A DNA stretch of 64,000 bases from Gammaproteobacteria bacterium (GCA_025355645.1 JANXZG010000048.1:1989-65988), one strand, 5' to 3'. Positions 49,838 through 60,623 are shown, counted from the stretch's first letter. Numbers and translations: made by a program. Notes: generated by a model from the letters alone, not told the origin.

Positions 49838-50268
49838 GCATCGCCTCTAGTTTTTCGCGGGATCAACTGCGTCGGACCTATTCCGATGCCTGGCGCAAGC
49901 ACCAGGATCTGGCGCCGATGTCAGTGCAGGAAGCATCCATTGCCGAGATCATCGAGCTGCACCCGGAATACCAGGCACTGATCGCCGATGCCGCAAACGC
50001 CCTGGCGTTCGAGCCGGGCGCGCAAACCGGTAAACAAAATCCCTTCTTACATATGGGGCTGCACTTGGCAATCCGCGACCAGCTTGCCGTGGATCGACCG
50101 CCCGGCGTGCGCACGCTGCACGAGCAACTTCAGAGATCTCTTGGGGATGCTCACGCAGCGGAGCATGCGCTGATGGAAGCGCTTGGAGAAGTGCTTTGGC
50201 TGGCTAACCGCGACGGTCGAGCACCCGATGAGCAACAGTATATGGTGCTGGCCCGACGGCGGCTTTAG
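49834..50268 (+). CDS. DUF1841-like protein
   Basis: ELHPEYQALI .. NPFLHMGLHLAIRDQL pattern. ATGA overlap with nth. Confidence 0.6.
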   Translation: MSIASSFSRDQLRRTYSDAWRKHQDLAPMSVQEASIAEIIELHPEYQALIADAANALAFEPGAQTGKQNPFLHMGLHLAIRDQLAVDRPPGVRTLHEQLQRSLGDAHAAEHALMEALGEVLWLANRDGRAPDEQQYMVLARRRL

Positions 50269-50525
50269 GAATCTCCGTGGCGAATTGGCCAAATTCCGCA
50301 ATCCGCAAGCCAACCTGAATGGCCGTTCCGCTTTACAGCAGTGCAATGCGGCGCGATTTAGCATCAGGCTGAGCTACGATGCGACGGCGATGATCCGAAC
50401 CCTGAATAGCCGTGCGGCTCCGAATTGCCGCCCTACTAAGCTACCGGCGTTTTTCATCGCATGCGGAGGGCCTTGTGACCCGACATCGTGAATAGATCCT
50501 GACCGGGATATTTTCGATCGCGTCG

Positions 50526-51299
50526 GTGGCGGTAGGAATTTTGGTCGGATCAATGTGTCTCGCGCACAACCAGTCGAGCGATACAGCCGCCACGGCTTCT
50601 AATCTGGGACGAATGCCCGAAAACCTGGAAACGCGCTTCGCTCTGAGCGCCATCCCGCCACATCTGCGGGACGGCGCAACTGTACTTCTGTTGGACCCGG
50701 CCAAGGGTTATACCGTCGGCCGCAAGGGAACCAATGGCACTAGCTGCCTGGTCATCCGCTCCGATTGGCGATTTCCGAGGCGCCCCTTTCGCAACGATAT
50801 CTACTGGGCTGTCGGCTTCGACGCCGAAGGAGCGAAGACGCTGATGCAGATTTACCTGGCGACCGCTGAGTTGCGGGCGCGCGGGATGGACAGCAAGCGA
50901 GTCCACCGCGAGGTCACGAAAAAATTCGGCTCAGCGGCTTATGCAAATCCCACCCGCGCGGGGATCGCCTACATGATCGCGCCCATCATGCGCGGCGTCG
51001 ATGACAAGAACGTGCCGGAGCCGAAGACAATGAATATGCCGCATTACATGATTTATGCGCCGGGTGTCAGCAATGCGGACATCGGCGGGAAGCCCCTGAG
51101 CCTGTACCCTTTCATGTTGAGTATGAGCCCCGGCCGCGATGATTTCATCATCATGCTAGTTGGTGCGACGGAAAAAGCCGGAATCCTTACCGAGTTCAAG
51201 GGCCTGCTGACAGACCTAAGTGCCTACCGAAACTACCTGTGCACGAACGCCAGGACCCGCGTGGAACTTCCAACCAAAACTGGCACCCAAGGGCTCTGA
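50526..51299 (+). CDS. Hypothetical (probably exported) protein, orphan
   Basis: Track ORF with a GTG start. The frame is already open and hydrophobic from 50496 (ILTGIFSIASVAVGILVGSMCLA), directly after a TAG. No recognisable domain. Visibly lower GC than its neighbours. Confidence 0.5.
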   Translation: MAVGILVGSMCLAHNQSSDTAATASNLGRMPENLETRFALSAIPPHLRDGATVLLLDPAKGYTVGRKGTNGTSCLVIRSDWRFPRRPFRNDIYWAVGFDAEGAKTLMQIYLATAELRARGMDSKRVHREVTKKFGSAAYANPTRAGIAYMIAPIMRGVDDKNVPEPKTMNMPHYMIYAPGVSNADIGGKPLSLYPFMLSMSPGRDDFIIMLVGATEKAGILTEFKGLLTDLSAYRNYLCTNARTRVELPTKTGTQGL

Positions 51300-51409
51300 C
51301 AGGAACGCGGTCGCGAATCTCGAGGAGCTGCGCGGCAAATTGAAATTGATGGCGCTTTACTTGCCGCAATAGACCCGACTTGCGCGATGTGCAGCGTCGG
51401 CTCGCTCGC

Positions 51410-53242
51410 TCAGGTCCGCGGGGCTTTTTTTGGGATGTATAAATCCGTCAGAGTGCCCTCGAACGCCTCAGCGGCAAATGCGACGGTTTCTGACAAGGTC
51501 GGGTGGGCATGGATTGTGAGGCCAATATCAGCCGCATCGGCGCCCATCTCGATCGCGAGCCCGACCTCGGCGATCAGGTCCCCGGCATTCGGGCCGACGA
51601 TGCCTGCACCGATCACGCGATGGGTTTTTGCATCGAAAAGCAACTTGGTGATGCCATCCTCGCGATTCAGCGCGAGAGATCTCCCGCTCGCTGCCCACGG
51701 GAATGTGCCCTTGCCGAAATCCATGCCCTGCGCTTTTGCTTCAGATTCGGTGACGCCGACCCAGGCAATCTCCGGATCCGTATAGGCGACCGCAGGAATG
51801 CAGCGCGCATCGAATGCGGCCTTGAGCCCCGAAGCGACTTCGGCTGCGACCTTGGCTTCGTGCGTCGCTTTATGCGCAAGCATCGGCGCGCCCACGATAT
51901 CTCCAACGGCAAAAATATGCGGCATGTTCGTGCGCATCTGCTTGTCCACCGCAATGATGCCGCGATCGCTGACCTTCACGCCCGCGGCGGTGGCTCCGAC
52001 CGCCCGGCCGTTGGCGCTGCGGCCGACCGCCACCAATACGCGGTCAAAATCCATTGCCGCGGGCTCGCCGAGGCCCTCGAAGTTAACGTGCAGGCCATCC
52101 TTGCCGGCATCGATGGCCTGCGCCCTCGTGCCCAGCATGATCTTCTCGTAGCGCTTCTCAATGCGCTTCTGCAGCGGTCGCACAAGATCCGGGTCACAGC
52201 CGGTCATCAGCGTGTTGCTGAGCTCCATGACGCTGACTTTCACGCCCAGCGCATCGTAGACGCAAGCCATCTCGAGGCCGATGATCCCGCCGCCGATGAC
52301 CAGCAGCCGGCGGCAATCGGCGGGTAGTTCCAGCGCTCCGGAAGAATCGAATATCCGGGGATCATCTGGGAGGCCCGGCAGGCGAACCGATTCGGAGCCT
52401 GCGGCAATGATGCATTGCCTGAAATGCACGAGCCTTGTCTCCGCACCCGATTTCAGCTCGAGCGAGTACGGCCCGATCAGCTTCGCCTCGCCGCTCAGGA
52501 CTTCAACCTTGCGTTGCTTGGCGAGCGTCGCCAGGCCACCGGTCAGGCGGGAGACGACGCGGCTTTTCCACGCGCGCAATTTATTCAGATCGATCCGGGG
52601 CTCGCCAAACTCGATGCCGCAGGCTGCCATCGACTCAGCGTCCTCGATGACCTTTGCCGCATGCAGCAAGGCCTTCGATGGGATGCAGCCAACATTCAAG
52701 CACACCCCGCCCAGCACCGGCCAGCGCTCGATCAGCGTGACCTTCATGCCGAGATCCGCCGCCCGGAAGGCTGCGGTGTAACCGCCGGGTCCTGCACCGA
52801 TCACGACCAGATCCAAGGCGCCTTCCGGCACATCAGCGGCTAAAGGGGTCGCGTCGATGGGCGCCTCAGACGGCGACGCGGGCCCCGGCGCTACCACGGT
52901 GGCTTCATTCTGGGCCGGTTCAACTGACCCCGCTTTCACAGGCCCTCGTGGTGCCACAGGTGGCGCGGGTGCCGCAGTGGCCACGGGTGCCGCGGATGGC
53001 GCTGCTTCGACCTCGACCGTCGCAACCAGGGCACCGGCGGAGACCTGGTCGCCGGTCTTGATCGACACCGATATGACCACGCCTGCAACTGGCGAGGGAA
53101 CATCCATTGAAGCCTTGTCCGTTTCCAGCGTGACGACCGGATCTTCTTTCGCGATGGTCGCGCCGTTCTTGATCTGCACCTCGACGACGCTGACGTCCTT
53201 TGCATCGCCCATATCCGGAATCCTGACCTCGACCCGGCTCAC
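51410..53242 (-). CDS. lpd: Dihydrolipoyl dehydrogenase (E3) with an N-terminal lipoyl domain
   Basis: Lipoyl motif LETDKASMDVPSP, Ala/Pro linker, FAD motif VIGAGPGGYTAA, and redox disulfide GGVCLNVGCIPSK. Confidence 0.93.
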   Translation of the reverse strand: MSRVEVRIPDMGDAKDVSVVEVQIKNGATIAKEDPVVTLETDKASMDVPSPVAGVVISVSIKTGDQVSAGALVATVEVEAAPSAAPVATAAPAPPVAPRGPVKAGSVEPAQNEATVVAPGPASPSEAPIDATPLAADVPEGALDLVVIGAGPGGYTAAFRAADLGMKVTLIERWPVLGGVCLNVGCIPSKALLHAAKVIEDAESMAACGIEFGEPRIDLNKLRAWKSRVVSRLTGGLATLAKQRKVEVLSGEAKLIGPYSLELKSGAETRLVHFRQCIIAAGSESVRLPGLPDDPRIFDSSGALELPADCRRLLVIGGGIIGLEMACVYDALGVKVSVMELSNTLMTGCDPDLVRPLQKRIEKRYEKIMLGTRAQAIDAGKDGLHVNFEGLGEPAAMDFDRVLVAVGRSANGRAVGATAAGVKVSDRGIIAVDKQMRTNMPHIFAVGDIVGAPMLAHKATHEAKVAAEVASGLKAAFDARCIPAVAYTDPEIAWVGVTESEAKAQGMDFGKGTFPWAASGRSLALNREDGITKLLFDAKTHRVIGAGIVGPNAGDLIAEVGLAIEMGADAADIGLTIHAHPTLSETVAFAAEAFEGTLTDLYIPKKAPRT

Positions 53243-54531
53243 GACAGGGCCTTCGGGTCAGCGAGTAATTTCGCCAGGTGCACGACAAAGCGCGCGCCCT
53301 CGGCGCCGTCGATTACGCGATGATCGTAGGAGAGGCTCAGCGGCAAAATCAGGCGGGGCACGAAGCCCCCGGCCAGGAATACCGGCTTTTGCGCCGAGCG
53401 CGCAACCCCCAGTATCGCCACCTCCGGTGCATTGATGATCGGCGTGAAGGAAGTGCCGCCGATGCTGCCTAGGCTCGATACCGTGAAACAACCGCCCTGC
53501 ATGTCGAGCGCGCTCAGCTTGCCCGCGCGGGCTTTTTCGGACAACTGCGCAAGCGCGCGGGCGAGCGCGAACACATCGCTCTTGTCGGCATCGCGGATCA
53601 CCGGCACAACCAGTCCATCCTTGGTATCGACCGCAAATCCGATGTGGCAATACTGCTTGTAAACGATGTTCTCACCGGATGCGTCGAGCGAGGCGTTGAA
53701 GCGCGGAAACTGGCGTAGCGCGAGGGCGCAGGCCCGGATAATGTAGGCGAGTGGGGTCAGCCGCACGCCCTCCTTCGCCGCCTTGTCTTTCTGCGCGGCG
53801 CGCAGCGCCTCAAGCTCCGTGATGTCCGCATCTTCATGCTGCGTCACGTGTGGCAGGTTGATCCAGCTCGCCTGCAGCCTCGCTCCCGAGATGCGCTGGA
53901 TGCGCGAGAGCGGCTCGACCTCTACCGGGCCGAAACGGCTGAAATCGACATCGGGGACCTTCGGCAATGCCGAGACCGTTGCTCCGGGCGATGTCAGCAG
54001 CTTCTTGACGTACGCCTTGACATCGTCCGTTGTGATGCGCGCCTTCGGGCCACTGCCCGCCACCCTGGCAAGGTCAACACCGAGTTCGCGCGCGAACTTG
54101 CGCACCGAGGGGCTCGCATGGGCCTTGGAGAAACCAATCTCGTCAATCGACACTGGCCCCTGGGGCGCCGGCGGGGCGGGTGCGGGCGCCGGTGGCGCGG
54201 CAGTCACCGGCGTTGCAGACGGTGCGGCCTTTGGCGCCGGCTCGGGCTTCTGCGCAGGCGCTGCGGCGCCCGCCGCAGGCGGGGCACTTTCATCCGCCTC
54301 GAGTACCAGGATGACTGAGCCCTGCGACACCTTGTCGCCTTTTGTGACGCTGATTTTCCGCACCACGCCGGCGATCGGTGCCGGCACATCCATCGCCGCC
54401 TTGTCCGTCTCGATCGTGATCAGTGGCGCGTCAACCTCAATCTTCTGGCCGACCTCGATCATGACGTCAATGACGCTGACGTCCGTGAAGCTGCCAATAT
54501 CCGGGACCTTGATTTCCGTGGAGCTTGTCAT
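53239..54531 (-). CDS. aceF: Dihydrolipoyllysine-residue acetyltransferase (E2), single lipoyl domain
   Basis: IETDKAAMDVPAP, an E3-binding segment, and the catalytic motif SYDHRVIDGA. ATGA overlap with lpd. Confidence 0.93.
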   Translation of the reverse strand: MTSSTEIKVPDIGSFTDVSVIDVMIEVGQKIEVDAPLITIETDKAAMDVPAPIAGVVRKISVTKGDKVSQGSVILVLEADESAPPAAGAAAPAQKPEPAPKAAPSATPVTAAPPAPAPAPPAPQGPVSIDEIGFSKAHASPSVRKFARELGVDLARVAGSGPKARITTDDVKAYVKKLLTSPGATVSALPKVPDVDFSRFGPVEVEPLSRIQRISGARLQASWINLPHVTQHEDADITELEALRAAQKDKAAKEGVRLTPLAYIIRACALALRQFPRFNASLDASGENIVYKQYCHIGFAVDTKDGLVVPVIRDADKSDVFALARALAQLSEKARAGKLSALDMQGGCFTVSSLGSIGGTSFTPIINAPEVAILGVARSAQKPVFLAGGFVPRLILPLSLSYDHRVIDGAEGARFVVHLAKLLADPKALS

Positions 54532-54540
54532 GATGTGCGC

Positions 54541-57204
54541 CTAGACCGACAGAGGGTTGGGCTTGGCCGGATCTATTCCGTAGGTTTTCATTGCCGCAGA
54601 GACGAGCTTCGCATCGATCTTTTTCTCGTCGGCCAGCGCCTTGAGCGCCGCGACGACTACGTAATTGCGGTCAACCTCGAAGAAGCGCCGCAGTTCGGCG
54701 CGCGAATCGCTGCGCCCAAAACCGTCCGTGCCGAGCACCGCGTAAGGTCCTGGTACCCACTGGCGGATCTGGTCGGCCACCGTCTTCATATAGTCGGTCG
54801 CTGCAATGAAGGGGCCCGCCCGCCCGGCAAGCTCTCGCTCGACGACGCTGATACGCGGCGGATCTCCTGCATGCAGCATGTTCCAGCGCTCGACATCCAG
54901 CGCGTTCCTGCGCAGCTCGCTGAAACTCGTGACCGAAAACACCTCGGCCGAGACGCCATGGTCCTTCTGGAGCATATCGGCGGCGGCGAGCACTTCACGC
55001 AGAATCGTACCGGCGCCGAACAGGGTTACCGTTAGCTTCCCCTTACCTGCGGCACGCAGGCGGTACATTCCCTCGAGGATGCCCGGCTCGGCTCCTTCCG
55101 GCATCGCCGGATGCAGGTAGTTCTCGTTCATACAGGTGATGTAGTAAAAGACGCTCTCCTGCTCCTGGTACATCCGGCGCATGCCATCGTGCACGATGAC
55201 TGCAAGTTCGTAGCCGAATGCCGGGTCATAGGCCACGCAATTCGGCACCGTCGTCGCCACCAGCTGGCTGTGGCCATCCTGGTGCTGCAGTCCCTCGCCC
55301 GCCAGGGTCGTCCTGCCCGCAGTCCCGCCAATGAGGAAGCCGCGGGAACGGCTGTCGCCAGCGCCCCAGATAAAGTCCCCGATTCGCTGGAAGCCAAACA
55401 TCGAGTAGTAGATGAAGAACGGAATCATGCTGACGCCATGATTTGAGTACGCGGTCGCCGCGGCGATCCAGGAACACATCGAGCCCGCTTCGTTAATGCC
55501 TTCCTCGAGGATCTGACCCTTGGTGTCCTCGCGGTAATACATCAGCTGGTCCGCGTCCTGCGGCGTATAGAGCTGCCCGACGGATGAGTAAATGCCGATC
55601 TGGCGGAACATGCCTTCCATGCCGAAGGTGCGCGCCTCATCGGGCACGATCGGCACGATGTGCTTGCCAATGTTCTTGTCCTTGACCAAGATCGTCAGCA
55701 TGCGCACGAGCGCCATCGTCGTCGACATCTCCCGATCGCCGCTGCCCTTTAGGAGTGCATCGAACACCGTGATCGGAGGCACCGCCAGTATAGGTGAATT
55801 GGAATAACGGGCGGGCAGGTAGCCGCCCAGCGTTGCGCGCTGACCCTGCAGGTAACGCGTTTCATCGCTGTCAGGCGCCGGCTTGCGGAACGAGAGTCCC
55901 TCGATTTCCTCATCCGAGACGGGGATGTTGAAGCGGTTGCGAAAATCGCGCAGCGAATCGACATCGAGCTTCTTCTGCTGGTGCGCAACGTTCAGGCCCT
56001 CGCCGGCCTTGCCCATGCCGAAGCCCTTGACGGTTTTGGCGAGGATCACCGTGGGCGCGCCCTTGTGCGCAACGGCCGCCGCGTAGGCCGCATAGACCTT
56101 GCGCGGATCATGGCCACCGCGGTTCAGGCGCCAGATCTCGTCATCCGACATGTTGGCAACCATGTCCTTGAGCTCCGGGTACTTACCGAAGAAATTCTCG
56201 CGCGTATAGGCGCCGCCCTTGGACTTGAAGTTCTGGTACTCGCCGTCGACACACTCTTCCATTACGCGCTTCAGCAGGCCCTGGCTGTCGCGTGCGAGCA
56301 GCGGATCCCAGCGCGAACCCCATAACACCTTGATGACGTTCCAGCCCGCGCCCAGGAAGGCCGCCTCAAGCTCCTGGATAATCTTGCCATTGCCGCGCAC
56401 CGGGCCGTCGAGGCGCTGTAGGTTGCAGTTGATCACGAAGATCAGGTTGTCGAGCTTCTCGCGCACCGGCATCGTCAGCGCGCCCATCGACTCCGGTTCG
56501 TCCATCTCGCCATCGCCCAGAAACGCCCAGACCTTGCGGTCCGAAGGCGGCACCATGCCGCGGCTCTCGAGATAGCGTGTGAAGCGGGCCTGGAAGATCG
56601 CAGTCATAGCACCCAAGCCCATAGACACTGTCGGGTACTGCCAGAAATCCGGCATCAGCCAGGGGTGCGGATAAGAGGGCAAGCCACCACCGGCGACCTC
56701 ATGGCGAAAGCGCCGCAGCTGGCTCTCATCGAGCCGCCCTTCCAGGTACGCGCGGGCGTAGATCCCGGGGCTCGAGTGACCCTGCACGTACAGCATGTCG
56801 CCAGGGTGAGTCTCGCTGCGCGCCCGCCAGAAATGGTTGAAGCCAACCTCATACAGCGTGGCGGCCGAGGCGTAGCTTGCGATGTGGCCACCGTATTCGG
56901 AGTTCTCGCGATTCGCGTTCACTACCATGGCCAACGCGTTCCAGCGCAGGAACGCCTCGTTGCGCCGCTCCAGCGCCCGATCACCCGGGTATTCCGGTTC
57001 CTGTGCCTTCGAAATTGTATTCAGGTAGGCCGTATTGGGCTTGAACGGCAGGTAGGCACCGGAGCGGCGCGTAAAATCGACCAGCTTTTCGAGAAGAAAA
57101 TGAGCGCGTTCCGGCCCCTGAGCCCGCATAACCGAATCAATCGACTCGAGCCATTCCTGGGTCTCGGTCGGGTCGATATCTTCGAAGGGCGATCGCTGCG
57201 TCAT
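54541..57204 (-). CDS. aceE: Pyruvate dehydrogenase E1 component (homodimeric type)
   Basis: Trimmed to [22 protein letters not shown]. ThDP motif [10 protein letters not shown]. 887 aa. Confidence 0.95.
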   Translation of the reverse strand: MTQRSPFEDIDPTETQEWLESIDSVMRAQGPERAHFLLEKLVDFTRRSGAYLPFKPNTAYLNTISKAQEPEYPGDRALERRNEAFLRWNALAMVVNANRENSEYGGHIASYASAATLYEVGFNHFWRARSETHPGDMLYVQGHSSPGIYARAYLEGRLDESQLRRFRHEVAGGGLPSYPHPWLMPDFWQYPTVSMGLGAMTAIFQARFTRYLESRGMVPPSDRKVWAFLGDGEMDEPESMGALTMPVREKLDNLIFVINCNLQRLDGPVRGNGKIIQELEAAFLGAGWNVIKVLWGSRWDPLLARDSQGLLKRVMEECVDGEYQNFKSKGGAYTRENFFGKYPELKDMVANMSDDEIWRLNRGGHDPRKVYAAYAAAVAHKGAPTVILAKTVKGFGMGKAGEGLNVAHQQKKLDVDSLRDFRNRFNIPVSDEEIEGLSFRKPAPDSDETRYLQGQRATLGGYLPARYSNSPILAVPPITVFDALLKGSGDREMSTTMALVRMLTILVKDKNIGKHIVPIVPDEARTFGMEGMFRQIGIYSSVGQLYTPQDADQLMYYREDTKGQILEEGINEAGSMCSWIAAATAYSNHGVSMIPFFIYYSMFGFQRIGDFIWGAGDSRSRGFLIGGTAGRTTLAGEGLQHQDGHSQLVATTVPNCVAYDPAFGYELAVIVHDGMRRMYQEQESVFYYITCMNENYLHPAMPEGAEPGILEGMYRLRAAGKGKLTVTLFGAGTILREVLAAADMLQKDHGVSAEVFSVTSFSELRRNALDVERWNMLHAGDPPRISVVERELAGRAGPFIAATDYMKTVADQIRQWVPGPYAVLGTDGFGRSDSRAELRRFFEVDRNYVVVAALKALADEKKIDAKLVSAAMKTYGIDPAKPNPLSV

Positions 57205-57357
57205 GAGGTGCCTTACTTGGAGTGCGCCGATGCGCACGCTCACTGGTCCTGTTAAGATGGCCGGGCACATTGCGGCACCGGTCCCTGATCCGGCGCTATA
57301 TTCAGGGTTTGGTTTTTCACGGTCAAGCCAAAGGACCGGCTCGCTGTCTTGAGACGT

Positions 57358-58872
57358 ATGCCGAATCTGCTTCCCCCCGCCGCCCTGTCCACTCCGGTAC
57401 GTGAAATCCGCGGCAAAATCACCGCTTCCAGACTTTCCGGCTACGCCGCAGCGGTTCTGCTGCTACCCCCTGCACCGGTCGAGGCGGATTGGGCCGCGCT
57501 GCCGCACGGCGCCGCCGTGCGCGGGGTATTTGCCCAGAAAAAACGCAAGGCTGGGGATTTTTTCGAACTTCGGTGCGGTAAGCGCGCCGAGACGGCGCTC
57601 GTCGTTGCGATCGTCGCGGCGAACGCCCCGACATTCGAGCGGCTGCAGTCGGGAGCCAAGTGGGCGCGCGCCGCCCTCGCAGGCGAGCCACGAACGCTTT
57701 TGCTGTGGCAGAACGGCGTGGGGACCGATGCGGCGCAGGCCGCGATGCGCGCCCTGATCGCCGCATTGCAGGCCGCCGCAATGCCCCTGCCCTCGTTTAA
57801 GAGCAAGCCGGCAAGCCGGGTACGCCTTGCCAGCATCGATCTTCTTTTGGGTGCAAAGCTTGCGGGGCTCAGCGAAGAATTGGCGATCGCGGCCGGCACC
57901 AACCTCGTGCGCTGGCTGACCGCGTTGCCGCCAAACCGACTTGACGCCGCGGCCTATCGCCGCTTTCTGCAGCAGCTCGCCCGAGGCCTGCACCTGGAGT
58001 ACCGGTTCTACAGCGAGCCGGAACTCAAACGTCTCGGCGCGGGTGCCTTCCTCGCAGTCTCGCAGGGCAATGCCAGGCGCGACGCCGGGATCGTGCGCTT
58101 GTCCTACCGGCCACGCCGTGGCGGCGGCTCGCCCCTGTGCCTGGTCGGTAAAGGCATCTGCTTTGACACCGGCGGCACGAACCTAAAGCCTCACAAGAGC
58201 ATGCTGGACATGCATACCGACATGTCCGGCAGCGCCGTCGCCGTCGGCAGCCTGCACGCCCTGCATGCGCTTAAATCCCCGCTCGCCGTCGATTGCTGGC
58301 TTGCGATCACGGAGAACCTGATCGGCCCTACCGCCTACAAGCCCCAGGATATCGTGCGCGCGTACAACGGCACAACGATCCAGGTTATACACACTGATGC
58401 CGAAGGGCGCATGGTGCTTGCCGATACGCTCGCGATCGCTGCCGCCCGAAAACCGCGTGCGATCATTGATTACGCGACGCTGACCGGCGCCTGCGTCTAC
58501 GCATTGACGGAGCGCTATGCCGGCGCATTCACCAACCGACCGCAACTGCGCGACATGGTTGAGGCGGCCGGGACTTCGAGCGGCGAGCGGGTATGGTGTT
58601 TCCCGATGGACGCGGACTTCGATACCGATATCGAGAGCCAGGTGGCGGATGTCATGCAATGCGCCAGCGATGGCAAGGGTGATCATATCCTTGCGGCGCG
58701 ATTCCTGGGCCGCTTTGTGCCGCCGGAGATCCCCTGGCTGCACCTTGATCTGTCCTCGGCGACGCGTGCCGGCGGACTTGCACATGTCGCTACGGAGATC
58801 ACTGGATTCGGGGTGCGCTATACGCTTGATCTGATTAACCGCGGCTGGCCTGCCGGCGCCGCGCGCGCATGA
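57358..58872 (+). CDS. M17 family aminopeptidase, second paralog
   Basis: GKGICFDTGGTNLKP, DMSGSA and HTDAEGRMVLADTL metal-site motifs. First ATG at 57358 (the track ORF begins at the TTG at 57349). The stop overlaps the pyrC ATG (ATGA). Confidence 0.85.
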   Translation: MPNLLPPAALSTPVREIRGKITASRLSGYAAAVLLLPPAPVEADWAALPHGAAVRGVFAQKKRKAGDFFELRCGKRAETALVVAIVAANAPTFERLQSGAKWARAALAGEPRTLLLWQNGVGTDAAQAAMRALIAALQAAAMPLPSFKSKPASRVRLASIDLLLGAKLAGLSEELAIAAGTNLVRWLTALPPNRLDAAAYRRFLQQLARGLHLEYRFYSEPELKRLGAGAFLAVSQGNARRDAGIVRLSYRPRRGGGSPLCLVGKGICFDTGGTNLKPHKSMLDMHTDMSGSAVAVGSLHALHALKSPLAVDCWLAITENLIGPTAYKPQDIVRAYNGTTIQVIHTDAEGRMVLADTLAIAAARKPRAIIDYATLTGACVYALTERYAGAFTNRPQLRDMVEAAGTSSGERVWCFPMDADFDTDIESQVADVMQCASDGKGDHILAARFLGRFVPPEIPWLHLDLSSATRAGGLAHVATEITGFGVRYTLDLINRGWPAGAARA

Positions 58873-59915
58873 CGAGCCTGACGCTCAGGCGTCCCGACGA
58901 CTGGCATGTGCACCTGCGCGATGGCGCGGCACTTGCCGCGGTCTTGCCATTCACCGCAGCGCAGTTTGGCCGCGCCATCGTCATGCCGAACCTCAGTGTG
59001 CCGATCACCACGACCGCGCTCGCCGAGGGGTATCGGAGCCGGATCCGGGCGGCCCTGCCGAAGGGCGCCCATTTTGAGCCGCTGATGACGCTGTACCTGA
59101 CCGACTCGACCACCGCCCAGGAAATCGATCGGGCGAAGGCGGCCGGGTTCGTGCATGGTGTAAAGCTCTATCCTGCGGGGGCGACCACGCATTCGAATGC
59201 CGGGGTTACGGATCTCGGGCGGCTGAGCGGGGTCTTCGCGGCGATGGAATCAGCTGGCATGCCACTTCTTGTGCATGGTGAGTCAACGGCCGCAGGCGTC
59301 GATGTGTTTGACCGGGAGCAGGTCTTTCTCGACCAGGAACTCGCACCGTTATGCACACGCTTCCCGGGCCTCAAGGTTGTGGTCGAGCACATCACCACCG
59401 CCCATGCTGTCGACTTTGTCAGGGGGGCACGAGCGGGAATTGCGGGCACGATCACGCCACAGCATCTTTTGCATAATCGCAACGCGCTCTTCACTGGCGG
59501 CATTCGGCCCCACTACTATTGCCTGCCAATCCTTAAGCGTGAGCGCGACCGGCAGGCCTTGCTTGCCGCAGCGATCAGCGGCAATCCGCGCTTTTTCCTG
59601 GGGACCGACAGTGCCCCGCACGAGCGCGGCGCCAAGGAAAGCGCGTGCGGCTGCGCCGGCATGTTTACCGCTCATGCGGCGCTCGAGCTTTATGCCGAAG
59701 CGTTCGAATCCGCCGCACACCTTGACCGCTTGGAAGGTTTCGCCAGTCACTTCGGCGCAGACTTCTACGCTCTGCCGCGCCACGCCGACCAGGTGACCCT
59801 GGTGAAGCAGAACTGGACGGCACCGGCGACGTACGGGTTTGGCGCAGGGCGGCTCGTGCCCTACCGTGCCGGCGAGAACATCAGCTGGCGCCTCGCCAAG
59901 GGCGCGGGACCCTGA
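58869..59915 (+). CDS. pyrC: Dihydroorotase (homodimeric type)
   Basis: MTSLTLRRPDDWHVHLRDG and KLYPAGATT (carboxylated Lys region). 348 aa. Confidence 0.93.
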   Translation: MTSLTLRRPDDWHVHLRDGAALAAVLPFTAAQFGRAIVMPNLSVPITTTALAEGYRSRIRAALPKGAHFEPLMTLYLTDSTTAQEIDRAKAAGFVHGVKLYPAGATTHSNAGVTDLGRLSGVFAAMESAGMPLLVHGESTAAGVDVFDREQVFLDQELAPLCTRFPGLKVVVEHITTAHAVDFVRGARAGIAGTITPQHLLHNRNALFTGGIRPHYYCLPILKRERDRQALLAAAISGNPRFFLGTDSAPHERGAKESACGCAGMFTAHAALELYAEAFESAAHLDRLEGFASHFGADFYALPRHADQVTLVKQNWTAPATYGFGAGRLVPYRAGENISWRLAKGAGP

Positions 59916-60616
59916 TGCAAGTGGCGCCGGTCACATTCGCCACGCGCTTTCGCGGGTTTCTTCCCGTAGTCATCGATGTGGAGACCGGCGGGTTTAATTC
60001 TCAAACTGATGCGCTGCTGGAGATCGCCGCGGTGCTTCTGGAGATGCGCTCCGATGGTACGCTCACGCGCGGCGAGACCTACCGGCATCACGTCGCTCCA
60101 TTTCCCGGTGCAAACCTCGAGACTGCTTCCCTCGCCGTCAACGGCATTGATCCGCATCATCCGCTGCGCCCGGCGATTCCTGAGGCCGACGCGCTGCAAC
60201 GAATTTTTCGCGAAGTGCGCACCGCCATACGGTTGGCCGATTGCACGCGCGCGGTGCTGGTCGGGCACAACGCATTCTTTGACCTGAATTTCGTGAACGC
60301 CGCCGTGCTGCGCACGGCGACCAAGCGCAATCCCTTTCACCCGTTCACGAGTTTCGATACGGCAACGCTAGGCGGCGTTGCGTTCGGCCAGACCGTGCTA
60401 ATGCGCGCCTCGCTCGCAGCCGGGTTTGACTGGGATACGGGATCGGCGCACTCGGCGGCGTACGACGCCGAGCGCACGGCTGACCTGTTCTGTGCCGTCT
60501 GCAACCAGTTCCAGGGCGTATTCGATGCAAGCCGGCGCCGCCTCGCCGCGATGGGTCCGCTGCAGATGGAAATGGACGACAGTGCCGATCCGCCCGAGTC
60601 GGATCTTCCGACCTGA
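59915..60616 (+). CDS. rnt: Ribonuclease T
   Basis: DEDD exonuclease motifs: FLPVVIDVETGG, LVGHNAFFDLNF, HSAAYDAE. Confidence 0.9.
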   Translation: MQVAPVTFATRFRGFLPVVIDVETGGFNSQTDALLEIAAVLLEMRSDGTLTRGETYRHHVAPFPGANLETASLAVNGIDPHHPLRPAIPEADALQRIFREVRTAIRLADCTRAVLVGHNAFFDLNFVNAAVLRTATKRNPFHPFTSFDTATLGGVAFGQTVLMRASLAAGFDWDTGSAHSAAYDAERTADLFCAVCNQFQGVFDASRRRLAAMGPLQMEMDDSADPPESDLPT

Positions 60617-60623
60617 AGCGCGC

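Noticed and set aside
50269-50525. Possible tRNA or small RNA gene in the longest intergenic gap (also 62687-62836 and 51300-51409)
   Set aside because: I could fold no cloverleaf, no GTTCGAATC-type T-loop, no conserved riboswitch core that I recognise, and no stem plus U-tract terminator. Only weak hairpins are present (gcggcaa...ttgccgc at about 51339-51376).
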